This document shows positions 16,808 through 27,173 of a stretch of DNA of 45,937 nt, one piece after another. Origin of the DNA: Oligoflexales bacterium (lineage in GTDB: Bacteria; Bdellovibrionota_B; Oligoflexia; Oligoflexales; CAIYRB01); the NCBI GenBank assembly GCA_041736175.1, contig JBGSUI010000061.1:1-45937 (forward strand). The letters run 5' to 3'. The notes under the pieces are model-generated. The model had not been told where the DNA came from. It was given only the letters and a program-made list of their open reading frames with translations, and ran no database searches. Numbering within the stretch: position 1 is the first letter of the stretch; each line of letters starts with the position of its first letter. Both the position numbers and the translations under genes were made by a program.

Positions 16808-18370
16808 TCAAACATCTTCTGAGTAAACTAATCCTTGTTCTGGCTTGACAAGCAAGATCTCTGGGACAAACCCTGTCAGCTTACTGTAGGCGGTCTGGCG
16901 ATTTGTAAGCTTTTCGCAAAAACTTTGTACATAGCGATGTTGCACGCCTTGGATTAAACAGCCGCCAAATCCGCCTCCCGTCATGCGAGATCCTAAAATG
17001 GAGGGCAGTTGTGGGTTGCCACTCTTGGAGTCAACTTTTTTGGTGGGCGAAGATTTCGTCACCATTTCCACAGTCTCAAAGACCTCGCTGCGGAGGGACT
17101 CAATCTCTTCACAGGACACGTCGTAGTCCTGGGACAGACTTTCATGGCTTTCATTGATCACCCGGCTGAGCCCCCTGGCGTCACCGGTCTTTAAGCAGCT
17201 TACCGCGCTATCGACCCGCCGTATCTCCATGATGGCGTGGGCGACCCGCCGCGCGATCGTCGGCGAACGGATGACCTCTTGTAGGTTAAGCTGTTGGGCG
17301 AGGGTCCCTTGGCGGCCATCTGGACAAAGTTGATTCAAAAACCCATGTTTGCTCGCCAATAAACCTAGGGAGAGGATTTGGGACTGGTTTTTGTGCTGTG
17401 CATCTGGATCTTTTTTTTGCAACCATTGTCTTATCGATTCGAGACCCTCTTCGCAGCTTTTGCGGCGCTCGTTATAGGGACTGCTACCCAAATCATGACG
17501 CACCATGCTGTTGATTAGGACCCATTGATAGTCGTTGAAGACTTCGTGGGGAAAGACGGAACAGGTTGGAAACCGGAGTCCATCAGGGCTGGGGTTTCCA
17601 AAATCTATCTGCAAAAATCCGCCAGCCTCAGCCTTGGCGATGGCGAGTTGGTCCATAAGACCGCACCTTGTACCCGCAAATTGGTGTTCGATCCACATCG
17701 CCCGTAAGGCAGCTTGGTCCAAGGTCAGGGACGACGAAGTAGGCCCTTCCAACGATAAACCAGTACCAGTTTGATATTTTCTCCAATAGGATTCTAAACC
17801 CCGGTCCAGACCCATCACCAAGGCTAGGCATAGGGCCGCCGACGAGCTAACCCCTGCTCCTGGGGGAATATCTGAGTCAATGGTGATATCCAGGATTAGG
17901 TTTTCAGTGAGGAGGGGGATTTTTTGGAAGTTTTGAGATCCTAAATGGTTTAGTCGTTTATGAAACCACCACCCATAGAGGGCACCTAAGGCATAACGGT
18001 GCCAAGATCCGCTGATCGGTTCCCCATAGGTCGCCAAGAGCTCGCTCCTAAGATCAGGTGCTTCTGGCCACCGTCCTAGCAGACCCTTAGCGGTGAGATC
18101 GAGGACTCTTCGATCGAGTTCTTTGAGTGTTAACCTAAGTTCGGTTCCATGGCCTGAAGAACGCACCCGGATGTTGGTTTCATCGGCTTCGATCGTGGTC
18201 CCATTGTTTGGAGGGACACTCTTTTGGTTAAAGACTTTAAACTTTGCTTGCACCGACTTACCAAAAGCAAAGGGCAGGACTTTGCCCCCATTATAGTCCG
18301 TATGTTCGCCGATAAGGTTGATACGACCAGGGGATTTGACTGAAAATTGTTTAATAGGTTTATCGCTCAT
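16808..18370 (-). CDS. galK: Galactokinase
   Basis: PGRINLIGEHTDYN, PPGAGVSSSAA, CGLMDQ, RMTGGGFGG; ATG at 18370 overlaps the galT end. Confidence 0.95.
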   Translation of the reverse strand: MSDKPIKQFSVKSPGRINLIGEHTDYNGGKVLPFAFGKSVQAKFKVFNQKSVPPNNGTTIEADETNIRVRSSGHGTELRLTLKELDRRVLDLTAKGLLGRWPEAPDLRSELLATYGEPISGSWHRYALGALYGWWFHKRLNHLGSQNFQKIPLLTENLILDITIDSDIPPGAGVSSSAALCLALVMGLDRGLESYWRKYQTGTGLSLEGPTSSSLTLDQAALRAMWIEHQFAGTRCGLMDQLAIAKAEAGGFLQIDFGNPSPDGLRFPTCSVFPHEVFNDYQWVLINSMVRHDLGSSPYNERRKSCEEGLESIRQWLQKKDPDAQHKNQSQILSLGLLASKHGFLNQLCPDGRQGTLAQQLNLQEVIRSPTIARRVAHAIMEIRRVDSAVSCLKTGDARGLSRVINESHESLSQDYDVSCEEIESLRSEVFETVEMVTKSSPTKKVDSKSGNPQLPSILGSRMTGGGFGGCLIQGVQHRYVQSFCEKLTNRQTAYSKLTGFVPEILLVKPEQGLVYSEDV

Positions 18371-19526
18371 TTTTGCTGTCGACCTTTTTAGGAAAAAGCA
18401 GATGTTCAAACTCAGTGGGCAGTTCTCTAAGTTCCCGGGCCTTATCTTCGGGAATGGTGTCGTTGATAAAGAGTCCAGTTCCACTTTCGACACCAGCGAG
18501 ATATTTGAGTTTGCCGGGCGACCGATAGGGAGGATAGAACTCCAGGTGCCAATGGTAGCACTGCTCTAATCGGGTGAGGTCAGACTCCATTTGGTCTGCT
18601 TTGTGGGGCACCTGATGATGGGCTAAAATATAAGGAAATTCCATATTCATAAGGAGGTTGTACTTGGTCAGGACCACCTTGAGAAGGACGGCCAGCTCAC
18701 TCCTTTCGGCTTGGGTCAAGTCTTCGATCCGCGGTCGGTGGGTCCGAGTTGTGATATGGACTTCGTAGGGATAGCGGGCAGCCTCGGGGACATAGGCCAC
18801 AAGATTTGGGGTTTGTGCGACGACTCTTGCGGATTGACCTTCTTGCTCAGCGAGTTCACAGATAAGGCAACGCCCATGGGTGTGGAAATGTTTGCGGGCG
18901 GCATCGAGTTCGCGGGCTATAAAGGGGGGGATATGATTCATGCCGTAGAGTTGGCCATGGGGGTGATGCAAGGTGACACCCACTTCGACGCCCTTATTTT
19001 CAAAGATATAAACAAATTTAACGTCCTCTTTGCGACCCACTTCCTGGGACCTGTCCACCCAAACTTCGATCAGACCGCGGATATGGTGCGACGGGGTCTG
19101 GCTGAGGGCTGAATGGTGATCCGCAGTATAAAGAATCACCTCGCAATGTCCTGTTTGGTTGCCATGGCCGAGTCCAGGAAACATGTTTTCCAAGACGGCC
19201 CATTCATAGGGCCGACTCATCAGGGGAACATCGGTTTTGCAGATCTCTCCCGCTGCATTGGTCAAGTAGGCTGTGGCAGGACAAAGGGGGCAGTAGTCGG
19301 TTGGAGGCAGGAACGGACGTTGGTTACGGCTAGCCGAGATGGCGACCCATTCGTCTCGCATCAGGTTATATCTGATGGAGGGCTCTTGGTAGGAGGCTGG
19401 CCGCAGCAAGCCTTCGTCCAAAAGATGGGGGACTTGCTGGTCAAGCTTTTTTAATCCAGGCTCGGAATGAAATTGAATATAGGACCGACCATCGGATTTT
19501 CGAAAAACAAAACGTCTTAATTCCAT
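18360..19526 (-). CDS. galT: Galactose-1-phosphate uridylyltransferase
   Basis: RNQRP, CPLCP, FENKG...HHPHGQ active site; ATG at 19526 (ORF is open from 19559). Confidence 0.95.
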   Translation of the reverse strand: MELRRFVFRKSDGRSYIQFHSEPGLKKLDQQVPHLLDEGLLRPASYQEPSIRYNLMRDEWVAISASRNQRPFLPPTDYCPLCPATAYLTNAAGEICKTDVPLMSRPYEWAVLENMFPGLGHGNQTGHCEVILYTADHHSALSQTPSHHIRGLIEVWVDRSQEVGRKEDVKFVYIFENKGVEVGVTLHHPHGQLYGMNHIPPFIARELDAARKHFHTHGRCLICELAEQEGQSARVVAQTPNLVAYVPEAARYPYEVHITTRTHRPRIEDLTQAERSELAVLLKVVLTKYNLLMNMEFPYILAHHQVPHKADQMESDLTRLEQCYHWHLEFYPPYRSPGKLKYLAGVESGTGLFINDTIPEDKARELRELPTEFEHLLFPKKVDSKNER

Positions 19527-19564
19527 GGTACGCACCTTTCTTCGTGACTTCTCGCGCAAGACTC

Positions 19565-20605
19565 TCAGGAGGACCGGCTACGATTTTTTTGTACATCTAG
19601 ACCAACCGCGACCGTGATGATGAGGCCTTTGGCGATAAATTGCAGGTTTGGGTCCATACCGATAAAGGAAAGGCCGTAGTTGATGATGGCAAAGATAAGG
19701 ACGCCTACGACAACCCCTCCCACGGTACCAATGCCACCCGTGGTCGACACCCCTCCGACAACGCAGGCAGCGATCGCATCCAGTTCGTACATCTCCCCAT
19801 AGTTGCTTTTTGCGCCTCCCGATCGGGCTGCCTCCAGGACTCCCGCCAACGCCGCCATCGCCGCAGCGATGACATAAACTTTGATTAAGACCCGGTCCAC
19901 CGGAATCCCCGCCACCTGGGCTGCCTCCCGGTTGCCACCCACCGCATAAATCTGCCGTCCAAATATGGTTTTGTTGGCCACCACCCAGATCAAGACTCCC
20001 GCTGCAGTTGCGATACTGATCAGGATGGGCATCTCAAAGACGCTGCCTGATCCCAGGTAGGTAAAATCCGAGCGGAGTCCACCGATGGGCTGGGAGTGGT
20101 TGGGTGGCTGGTCAAAATAGACGAGGTTGATCCCATAAACGATGACCATGGTCCCTAGAGTCGCTATAAACGGGGGGATTTTACCCTTAGCGACCGCAAG
20201 CCCATTCACTAGACCAACCAAAGCTCCGCAAAAAACAGCCAACACGATAGGAAGAACGAGCGGCAGCACAGGGAGGTCAGGATAGAATTTACGGCTATAG
20301 TCCGCAGCCTGGAGCATGCTTGCTGCAATGACGGCTGCAAGGCCCACCACGCGACCCGCTGACAAGTCGACGCCCCCACTGATCAGAACAAAGGCAATCC
20401 CAAGAGCCATGATCAAACGGGTCGAGGAACTCAACAGGATATTGCGCAGGCTGGCCCCCGATAAAAAACTAGGCTCGCTGATGGCGATGACGGCCACCAA
20501 TAAAAACAGCACCAGATAGATACCGTAGTGGAGGGCTAGGTTTTGTAGACGCCGCAAGGGGCTAGGGGACGATACCGGCGGGGCAGCGGGAGTTATGTCT
20601 TGCAT
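19565..20605 (-). CDS. mglC: Galactose/methyl-galactoside ABC transporter permease
   Basis: DLSAGR, PFIATLG, YAVGGNREAA, YELDAIAACVVGGVS. Confidence 0.9.
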   Translation of the reverse strand: MQDITPAAPPVSSPSPLRRLQNLALHYGIYLVLFLLVAVIAISEPSFLSGASLRNILLSSSTRLIMALGIAFVLISGGVDLSAGRVVGLAAVIAASMLQAADYSRKFYPDLPVLPLVLPIVLAVFCGALVGLVNGLAVAKGKIPPFIATLGTMVIVYGINLVYFDQPPNHSQPIGGLRSDFTYLGSGSVFEMPILISIATAAGVLIWVVANKTIFGRQIYAVGGNREAAQVAGIPVDRVLIKVYVIAAAMAALAGVLEAARSGGAKSNYGEMYELDAIAACVVGGVSTTGGIGTVGGVVVGVLIFAIINYGLSFIGMDPNLQFIAKGLIITVAVGLDVQKNRSRSS

Positions 20606-20671
20606 GAAAAAAAGGCTCCTTGAAAGGTGACTCTAGTTAAGTGTTTTTTTTAAAAAACTTACCCTCGCCTC

Positions 20672-22288
20672 CTATGGGGAAGGTGTGGATAAAAACTCCG
20701 TTGCGCATGTTATGATGTTTTGTTCCGTGATCTGATCGCCTTCGAGAAGGCCCGTCATACGTCCTTCACATAGGACCAACACCCGGTGGGACAAGCCGAT
20801 GAGTTCGGGCATTTCAGAGGATACGACGATCACACTGCCACCGTTGCTGACGAATTGATGAATCAGCTCATAGATTTCGTGTTTGGCTCCCACGTCGACC
20901 CCCCGGGTGGGTTCGTCAAGGAGTAGGATTTTAGGTTTAGTGAGGAGCGCTCGCGCTAAGAGCACCTTTTGTTGGTTGCCTCCTGATAGATTGACTATCA
21001 AAGTCTGTGGAGTCGGTGTTTTTATGCGCAGATCCGCGATCGCTTGGGTCGTGGCCTTAAGGCGTTTTACATCATCGGTAAAAATTCGATACTTTAGAAA
21101 CTGCTTCTGACAGGAGACCACAAGATTTTCGATGATCCCAAGATTTGGAAAGATTCCCTGTTGCCGACGGTCTTCGCCCAAGTAGCTGATTCCAGCAGCA
21201 AGGGCTTGGCTGGGTGCTTTCATCGACACTTTTTCGACTTTTTCCCCTAACTCTGAACGCTCTTTGAGGCTAAGACACCCTTCCGTAAAGGGTTTAAGAC
21301 CATAAATCCCTTGGAGCAATTCGCTCCGTCGCGAGCCTATCAAACCGCCGATGCCCAGGACCTCTCCGGCGTGGAGTTTGAAGGTGACGTCCCTTAGGGG
21401 GTGCTTACCCCGGTGGCCAAGACCTTCGCCCTGGAGAACGACTGTGGGTTTAGTCGGTGATCTTTGGGGGAAAATCTGTGAGAGTTCTCTCCCCACCATG
21501 GCCGTGACCACCTGATGGGGTTCGATCGTTTGTGCGCCATAAGTTCCCACCACTCGCCCGTCCCTAAGGACGGTGAGTTCGTCGGCGAGCCGTTTGATTT
21601 CGTCCATCTTATGGGAAATGTAGACGATCGCCGTTCCAAGTGTTTTAAGGCGTTCGATCAGAGAATACAGATTGAGGACTTCCTTGCCCGAAAGGGATGA
21701 GGTTGGTTCGTCAAAAAAAATCACCGAAGCTTTTCCCATCACAGCCTTGGCGATCTCCAGGGTTTGTATTTTTGAAACCGAGAGGTCACGCACTAAGGAT
21801 GTAGGATCAAGGTCCATGGACCATTCCTCAAAGACTTTGCGGGACTCGAGGATCATCCGTTTTTTGTCTATAAAACCCAACGGTGTTTTGAGCATGCGCC
21901 CCAGCCACAGGTTTTCCATAACGGTCATATCGCGGATGGGATGGAGTTCCTGGTGGACCATAGCCAATCCCATGTTTATAGCATGGGAAGGGTTTTGGAT
22001 CCGGACGATTTGTCCCCCTATGGAGATTTGTCCTTCGTCGGGTTGGTAGATTCCAAACAAGCATTTAAGGAGGGTCGATTTACCTGCACCGTTTTCGCCC
22101 ATCAGGGCATGAACCCTTCCACTAAAAAACTCCAGCGAGACGCCGCGCAAGGCCTTGACCCCAGGAAAAAATTTACTGAGGTTATGGGTGGCACATGCTG
22201 ACACCTTCGCTGGATCGTGGTTTGGAACCCTAGTCTCTACAGGGGTTTGTTTGCGGAGGTTTTGGTTAGTTTCTTGTAGGGAATCCAT
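20672..22288 (-). CDS. mglA: Sugar ABC transporter ATP-binding protein (two NBDs)
   Basis: GENGAGKSTL, DEPTSSL, LSGGNQQK, DEPTRGVDVGAK; start uncertain (52-bp overlap with mglB). Confidence 0.9.
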   Translation of the reverse strand: MDSLQETNQNLRKQTPVETRVPNHDPAKVSACATHNLSKFFPGVKALRGVSLEFFSGRVHALMGENGAGKSTLLKCLFGIYQPDEGQISIGGQIVRIQNPSHAINMGLAMVHQELHPIRDMTVMENLWLGRMLKTPLGFIDKKRMILESRKVFEEWSMDLDPTSLVRDLSVSKIQTLEIAKAVMGKASVIFFDEPTSSLSGKEVLNLYSLIERLKTLGTAIVYISHKMDEIKRLADELTVLRDGRVVGTYGAQTIEPHQVVTAMVGRELSQIFPQRSPTKPTVVLQGEGLGHRGKHPLRDVTFKLHAGEVLGIGGLIGSRRSELLQGIYGLKPFTEGCLSLKERSELGEKVEKVSMKAPSQALAAGISYLGEDRRQQGIFPNLGIIENLVVSCQKQFLKYRIFTDDVKRLKATTQAIADLRIKTPTPQTLIVNLSGGNQQKVLLARALLTKPKILLLDEPTRGVDVGAKHEIYELIHQFVSNGGSVIVVSSEMPELIGLSHRVLVLCEGRMTGLLEGDQITEQNIITCATEFLSTPSP

Positions 22289-23334
22289 ACATATCTATCC
22301 TGGGTGATTGGAAAGCCAGTGTTTGCCTCGGTGGGAATCTGCCCTTGTGCTAATGTTAGAGCGATGATGTAGGTCGCTTCGCCTTGTTTTTGGGCGTCGT
22401 TAAGGACGGTGCCTAAGAGGGTTCCGTCTTCAAGAGCTTTAAGAGCCGGTGCGGTGGCGTCGACACCGACCACAGGGATATAGGTCCCTGATCCAAAAAA
22501 ACCGGCTGCTTTAAGAGCTTCGATAGCACCTAAGGCCATATCGTCGTTATTGGCGATGACTACTTCGATGCGGCTGCCGTGGGCCGCAGCCATGGCCGCC
22601 ATTTTTTCTTGGCCTTTAACCCGGTCCCACATTCCTGTGTCTTCGGCGAGGCGTTGTGTGGGGATGCCTGCGGCCTCGATGGTTTTGATGGAGTGGAGCG
22701 TGCGCAGCTCGGCATCTTGATGTCCTGGTTCGCCCTTAAGCATCACGTATTGGATTTTTCCATCTTTATCCCGATCGGCTTCTGGATGGGAACGCCAATA
22801 ATCGACGACGATTTCCCCCACAAGAGCCCCCGCTTGTTCTGCAGGTGTGCCCACGTAGTAGACTTTATCCCATTTTTTCATATCTTCAGGTAGAGGCTCT
22901 CGGTTGAAAAAAACGATGGGGATTTGGGCTGACTTGGCTTTATCGATGATGACGGATGCGGCGGTGCGGTCCACGGGGTTGATGGCGAGGGCATCGACCT
23001 TTTTGGCAATAAAGAGGTCTACTTTTTCGTTTTGAATGGGCTGTTGACCCGCGGAATCAACAAAATTTAATTTTGCTTCTGGATGCTTGGCGGCGACTTC
23101 GTTCATGGACTGCCGCACACCTGACATAAATGTGTCGTCGTATTTGTAAATCGCACCGCCGATCTGGAGAATCTTTTTTGGTGCTTTATCAACTGCATCT
23201 TGTGTTGCGTCTTTTGCGTTCCCGGTGTCATTGGAGCTTTGGCTGACCTTGGAGGAGGGGCCGTCGCAGGTGCAGCTTGGCTGCAAGAGAGACGCTGCCA
23301 TCATGATAGTTATTGAGTGAGATGTGAGCCTCAT
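22237..23334 (-). CDS. mglB: Galactose/glucose-binding protein of the ABC transporter
   Basis: YKYDDTFMS, Ca loop DRDKDGKIQ, KGEPGHQDA, ANNDDMALGA, GTVLND; ATG at 23334 with AAGGAG. Confidence 0.92.
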   Translation of the reverse strand: MRLTSHSITIMMAASLLQPSCTCDGPSSKVSQSSNDTGNAKDATQDAVDKAPKKILQIGGAIYKYDDTFMSGVRQSMNEVAAKHPEAKLNFVDSAGQQPIQNEKVDLFIAKKVDALAINPVDRTAASVIIDKAKSAQIPIVFFNREPLPEDMKKWDKVYYVGTPAEQAGALVGEIVVDYWRSHPEADRDKDGKIQYVMLKGEPGHQDAELRTLHSIKTIEAAGIPTQRLAEDTGMWDRVKGQEKMAAMAAAHGSRIEVVIANNDDMALGAIEALKAAGFFGSGTYIPVVGVDATAPALKALEDGTLLGTVLNDAQKQGEATYIIALTLAQGQIPTEANTGFPITQDRYVWIPYKKLTKTSANKPL

Positions 23335-23560
23335 TGATCGTTCTCCTTTGCAAAGTGAGCACTCTACCACAAAATGTTTTGTCCACCCTATGCTAAATTT
23401 TAATAGCCAATCGCCAAACCACCTTCGTTAGTTTGAGTGGTCTCTTTTGGTAAAGCAAGGTAACTTTGCGAAAAAGAGTTGATAGCACCCTGCGGCTCAT
23501 GGTACTCGACTTCGGTACTGATATGATGCTCTCATAGTAAGAAGTAAGGGTCCAGAAAAT

Positions 23561-25432
23561 ATGTCCAAGAATCTCCGCAATATTTGCATCATTGCCCACG
23601 TTGACCACGGCAAAACGACGCTTGTCGACTTCCTGCTCAAGCAGGCTGGCACCTTTCAAGCCCACGAAAACACGGAGGACCGCATGATGGACTCCGACTC
23701 CCAGGAACGGGAACGGGGCATCACGATCTCTGCCAAAAACGCATCGTTTCGCTTGGGCGATGTCAAGGTGAATGTGGTCGACACCCCAGGCCATGCTGAT
23801 TTCGGGGGCGAAGTCGAGCGGATTATGGATATGGTTGATGGGGCGATCTTACTGGTGGATGCGGTGGAAGGACCCTTGCCCCAGACCCGTTTCGTCTTGC
23901 AGAAGGCGATCGATAAAGGTCTGAAAATTGTCCTTTGTATCAATAAAGTAGACCGACCAGAGGCCGTCGGCAGCACGATGGTCCCAGAATGTGTCGACAA
24001 AGCGTTTGACCTTTTTGTGGAGCTGGGTGCTTCCAACGAACAGTGTGACTTTCCGATTATCTATGCATGCGCTCGCAAGGGCTGGTGTACCGCCAGTGCT
24101 GATGAAATTCCAGTCCTCCTCGAGGGTGGCGGTGAGCGCAGCCTCAAGCCTCTTTTTGCCGAGATCCTTAAGATCCCCCCTCCAACGGCTAATCCCGAGG
24201 CCGAACTCCAATTGCTTGTCTCAAACATCGCCTATTCCGATTACCTGGGCAACCTTGCCTTAGGCCGCATCGCTGCGGGGCAGGTCAAAAAAGGCCAGGA
24301 CCTCCTCCGCCATGGAGTGAATGAGGCGGGCACTCCCTCGGTCCAAAAATTCCAGGTTAGCCGCCTCCTGTCTTACGAAGGTATGAAGCAGGTTGAGGTG
24401 GCTGAAATCGTGGCCGGAGACATCGGCTTGATTGCAGGTTGTGAGACCCTGGAGATCGGCGATACTCTGAGTGGTTTAAATGGTTCCGCCTTAAAACGCA
24501 TTAAGGTTGAAGAGCCCACGATGCGGATGATCTTTTCCATCAACACCACGCCTAACTCAGGGCGGGAAGGCAAAGCCATCCAGTCTCGGGATTTGCGCCA
24601 ACGGCTCCTCAATGAGATTCGCAGCAATGTGGCTCTACGCCTCGAAGACACCGACCAGGCCGATCAATTCTACCTGCTTGGCCGCGGAGAGCTACAGTTT
24701 GGCATTTTGATCGAAAAAATGCGCCGTGAAGGCTCTGAATTTATGGTGGGGCGACCCAACGTCCTGATGAAGGTCGTCGACGGCGTCAAGATGGAGCCCT
24801 TCGAACGAATGACCCTCGATCTACCAGAAACCTGTGCCGGTGATGTGACCAAAATGTACCAGCAGCGCAAGGGCGTCCTGGTGTCCTACGAGGCGGCTTC
24901 CGCTGCTGGCACCGAGGAGCAGAGGGTTCGGTTGATTTTTGAAATACCGACCCGAGGTATTCTAGGGACTAACTCTATGTTTAAGACGGCAACCCGTGGT
25001 TCGGGCCTGATCAGTTCTGAGGCCATTGGCTACAAGCCCCATGCGGGCAAGATCTTCCATCGCGATACAGGGAGTTTGATCGCCGATCGGACGGGCACTA
25101 CCACGGAATACGCTTTGGCCTCCGTCCAAGAACGGGGCGTGCTGTTTATTGGCGAAGGGGTGGATGTTTATGAAGGGATGATCATTGGGGAATGCGCCAA
25201 GGATAACGATCTTAACGTCAATCCAGTCAAGCCTAAAAAACTGACCAACATGCGGACCACAGGCTCCGACGGGATCACAAATCTCTATGGGACCAAGCAG
25301 ATGAGCCTAGAGCGTTGCATCGAGTGGATTGACGATGACGAATGGATCGAAGTCACCCCCAAATCCATCCGGTTACGTAAAAAGATCCTGCCTGCCAATA
25401 TGCGCAGCATCCGTAAATCAGACAAAGGCTAG
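23561..25432 (+). CDS. typA: Translational GTPase TypA/BipA
   Basis: [47 protein letters not shown]. Confidence 0.97.
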   Translation: MSKNLRNICIIAHVDHGKTTLVDFLLKQAGTFQAHENTEDRMMDSDSQERERGITISAKNASFRLGDVKVNVVDTPGHADFGGEVERIMDMVDGAILLVDAVEGPLPQTRFVLQKAIDKGLKIVLCINKVDRPEAVGSTMVPECVDKAFDLFVELGASNEQCDFPIIYACARKGWCTASADEIPVLLEGGGERSLKPLFAEILKIPPPTANPEAELQLLVSNIAYSDYLGNLALGRIAAGQVKKGQDLLRHGVNEAGTPSVQKFQVSRLLSYEGMKQVEVAEIVAGDIGLIAGCETLEIGDTLSGLNGSALKRIKVEEPTMRMIFSINTTPNSGREGKAIQSRDLRQRLLNEIRSNVALRLEDTDQADQFYLLGRGELQFGILIEKMRREGSEFMVGRPNVLMKVVDGVKMEPFERMTLDLPETCAGDVTKMYQQRKGVLVSYEAASAAGTEEQRVRLIFEIPTRGILGTNSMFKTATRGSGLISSEAIGYKPHAGKIFHRDTGSLIADRTGTTTEYALASVQERGVLFIGEGVDVYEGMIIGECAKDNDLNVNPVKPKKLTNMRTTGSDGITNLYGTKQMSLERCIEWIDDDEWIEVTPKSIRLRKKILPANMRSIRKSDKG

Positions 25433-25460
25433 TGCTTAGAAGATCTGTTAAGGGCGTGTC

Positions 25461-25493
25461 AAAAAAAGGGCTCCATCGTGAGATGGAGCCTTT
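25461..25493. terminator. Intrinsic terminator, probably bidirectional, between typA and the repeat-peptide gene
   Basis: A7-G-GGCTCCATC-GTGA-GATGGAGCC-TTT: 9-bp perfect stem; long U tract on the minus strand. Confidence 0.85.
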
Positions 25494-25540
25494 AAGGTTT
25501 TTAGTTAAGGGGATGATTCCCTAGAGACCGGGCCTAGGGA

Positions 25541-25855
25541 CTAATTATTCCAGTCAAAGCGGCTATCCCAGCTAGCATCGCCGGCTCCACGGGTCCAACC
25601 ACCCCGGGGATTGCCCGAGTTTCTGTCGTTCCAATCAAAGCGGCTATCCCAGCTTGCATCACCGCCTCCGCGGGTCCAACCACCGCGGGGATTGGATCCG
25701 CCGGTGTTCCAATCAAAGCGGCTGTCCCAGCTCGCGTCGCCGGCACCACGGGTCCAGCCACCACGGGGATTTGCGGCAGCGATTCCACTGGATAACAATG
25801 TAGCGAGTAACCCTGCAGATACCCCAAGTAACCATTGAGTAAGACGTCGGTTCAT
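25541..25855 (-). CDS. Secreted 104-aa peptide with three tandem 22-aa Trp-rich repeats (NPRGGWTRG[A/G]GDASWDSRFDWN)
   Basis: AAGGAG RBS, Sec signal ending IAAA, DNA repeats differ mostly at third codon positions, double stop followed by a terminator. Confidence 0.85.
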   Translation of the reverse strand: MNRRLTQWLLGVSAGLLATLLSSGIAAANPRGGWTRGAGDASWDSRFDWNTGGSNPRGGWTRGGGDASWDSRFDWNDRNSGNPRGGWTRGAGDASWDSRFDWNN

Positions 25856-26091
25856 AGCTTGCTCCTTTTTCTAGATGTATTTTAAGACCCACTGAGGGCT
25901 CAATAAATGTACTCTTGCATGAAATCCTGCGTATTCACCACAAGATTATTGGAATATCTCCTATCAAAATTACAATGATCAGTATTGCTTTTAGAGAAGA
26001 TCTAACAATACTTTTTTGTAACTTTTTAGAATTTTTTGTGAGCACGGGAGGTCCTCGAAGAGTTCTAGGCCAGTGTGACGTCAGGCACCTC

Positions 26092-26463
26092 TTAGTGCCC
26101 GAGGTAGTCCTTGATCGCTAGTTCAACATCGGTGATTTTATTGTTTGGTAGCTTGCCGTACTCTTCAAAGAAGTGCTCCAAATCGAGGGTATAGATCTCA
26201 TTTGTCCAGACATGGCAGTCTTTTGTGCAGCCGGCTTCGCCTTTTGACAGTGGGATATGCAGGAAGCGATTATAGGATTTTTCCCCAATAGGCACACAAG
26301 TGATCTTCACTGCCTGACTCAAAAATCTATCGGGGGTAATAACTACAAAACGCCGGTAGGGACGTAGTTCGTCAAGTGGCTGCACTGGTTTTGACGTGTT
26401 CCGCGAGGCTTGTTGGTTGAAATGATAGACATGCCATTGCTTCAAAGGGACATGATAGGTCAC
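26092..26463 (-). CDS. PemK/MazF-family toxin
   Basis: RRFVVIT, TCVPI, NEIYTLD...GKL pattern; stop/start overlap with the upstream antitoxin. Confidence 0.8.
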   Translation of the reverse strand: MTYHVPLKQWHVYHFNQQASRNTSKPVQPLDELRPYRRFVVITPDRFLSQAVKITCVPIGEKSYNRFLHIPLSKGEAGCTKDCHVWTNEIYTLDLEHFFEEYGKLPNNKITDVELAIKDYLGH

Positions 26464-26777
26464 GTTTCTCGTCCTTTAGCTAACACACGGGCTTGTTTGC
26501 CAGGCGCTGATGGTCTGGCTTCACCATTTTCGCCATCGTGCTGGCCTGCATTGTTACGACCTGCTGTGAGGCCCTGAAAGGCAGCTAGATTGAGGCCTCT
26601 GCTTTCGGCTGCCTGGGCCTCGGACGAATGGGCAAGCTCCTTTGCTAGCGCATCCTCATACAGGGCATTGATTGCGGCTTCAGTGGCCTCGGTCGCTGTT
26701 TTATAAAGCCCTAATTTAACGAGCTTTAGAAGGCGAATTTCCTCCCGTCCGCCGTCTTTAATCGTGATCTTCATCAT
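26460..26777 (-). CDS. Putative RHH antitoxin (ParD/MazE role)
   Basis: MKITIK...LVKLGLYKTATEATEAAINAL resembles RHH; AAGGAG RBS before ATG at 26777; coupled to the toxin. Confidence 0.65.
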   Translation of the reverse strand: MMKITIKDGGREEIRLLKLVKLGLYKTATEATEAAINALYEDALAKELAHSSEAQAAESRGLNLAAFQGLTAGRNNAGQHDGENGEARPSAPGKQARVLAKGRET

Positions 26778-26819
26778 GCAACTCCTTGGTCGCTGGGACC
26801 CTTGTTTATACACTACACC

Positions 26820-26847
26820 ATATCGGTAAATTAACGCAAAAAATTGA
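26820..26847 (-). promoter_or_regulatory. sigma28/FliA-like promoter of the MazEF-like operon
   Basis: Minus strand TCAAT-N15-ACCGATAT. Confidence 0.5.
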
Positions 26848-27173
26848 GCTACATTATAGCTCCAAATTCACTGCTGCAATTTGTAGACCAATTTTAGATC
26901 CATATCGTTTTCTTTTTGGTGCGACTGTATTTTAAAATGCCGTGATCCAAACTACTATAACATGCTGATGTATTTAATTTAATTAAGGCTCTGTACAAAT
27001 GCACAGTAAAGATATCTCTAAAAGTGTGACATTAATAATATTAATATGTTACATGCTATGTTTTTTAAAATAGTCTGTAAAATCTGATTCTTAGAATCCC
27101 GCAAAGATGTCTCCTATTGGGAAATGGCCGTAGCCCAGCCCTATGCCGATATTTGCATAGAGGAGAATAAAAT

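Noticed and set aside
25541..25772. CRISPR-array interpretation of the 78-81-bp repeats, and the alternative-frame ORFs 25534-25827 and 25611-25838
   Set aside because: Repeats are long with 12-15-bp linkers and vary at wobble positions of one frame; no cas genes; only 25541-25855 has an RBS and signal peptide
27026..27054. dif-like site / AT-rich dyad
   Set aside because: Only the XerD-like arm resembles dif; there is no XerC arm, and AT-rich dyads are expected by chance
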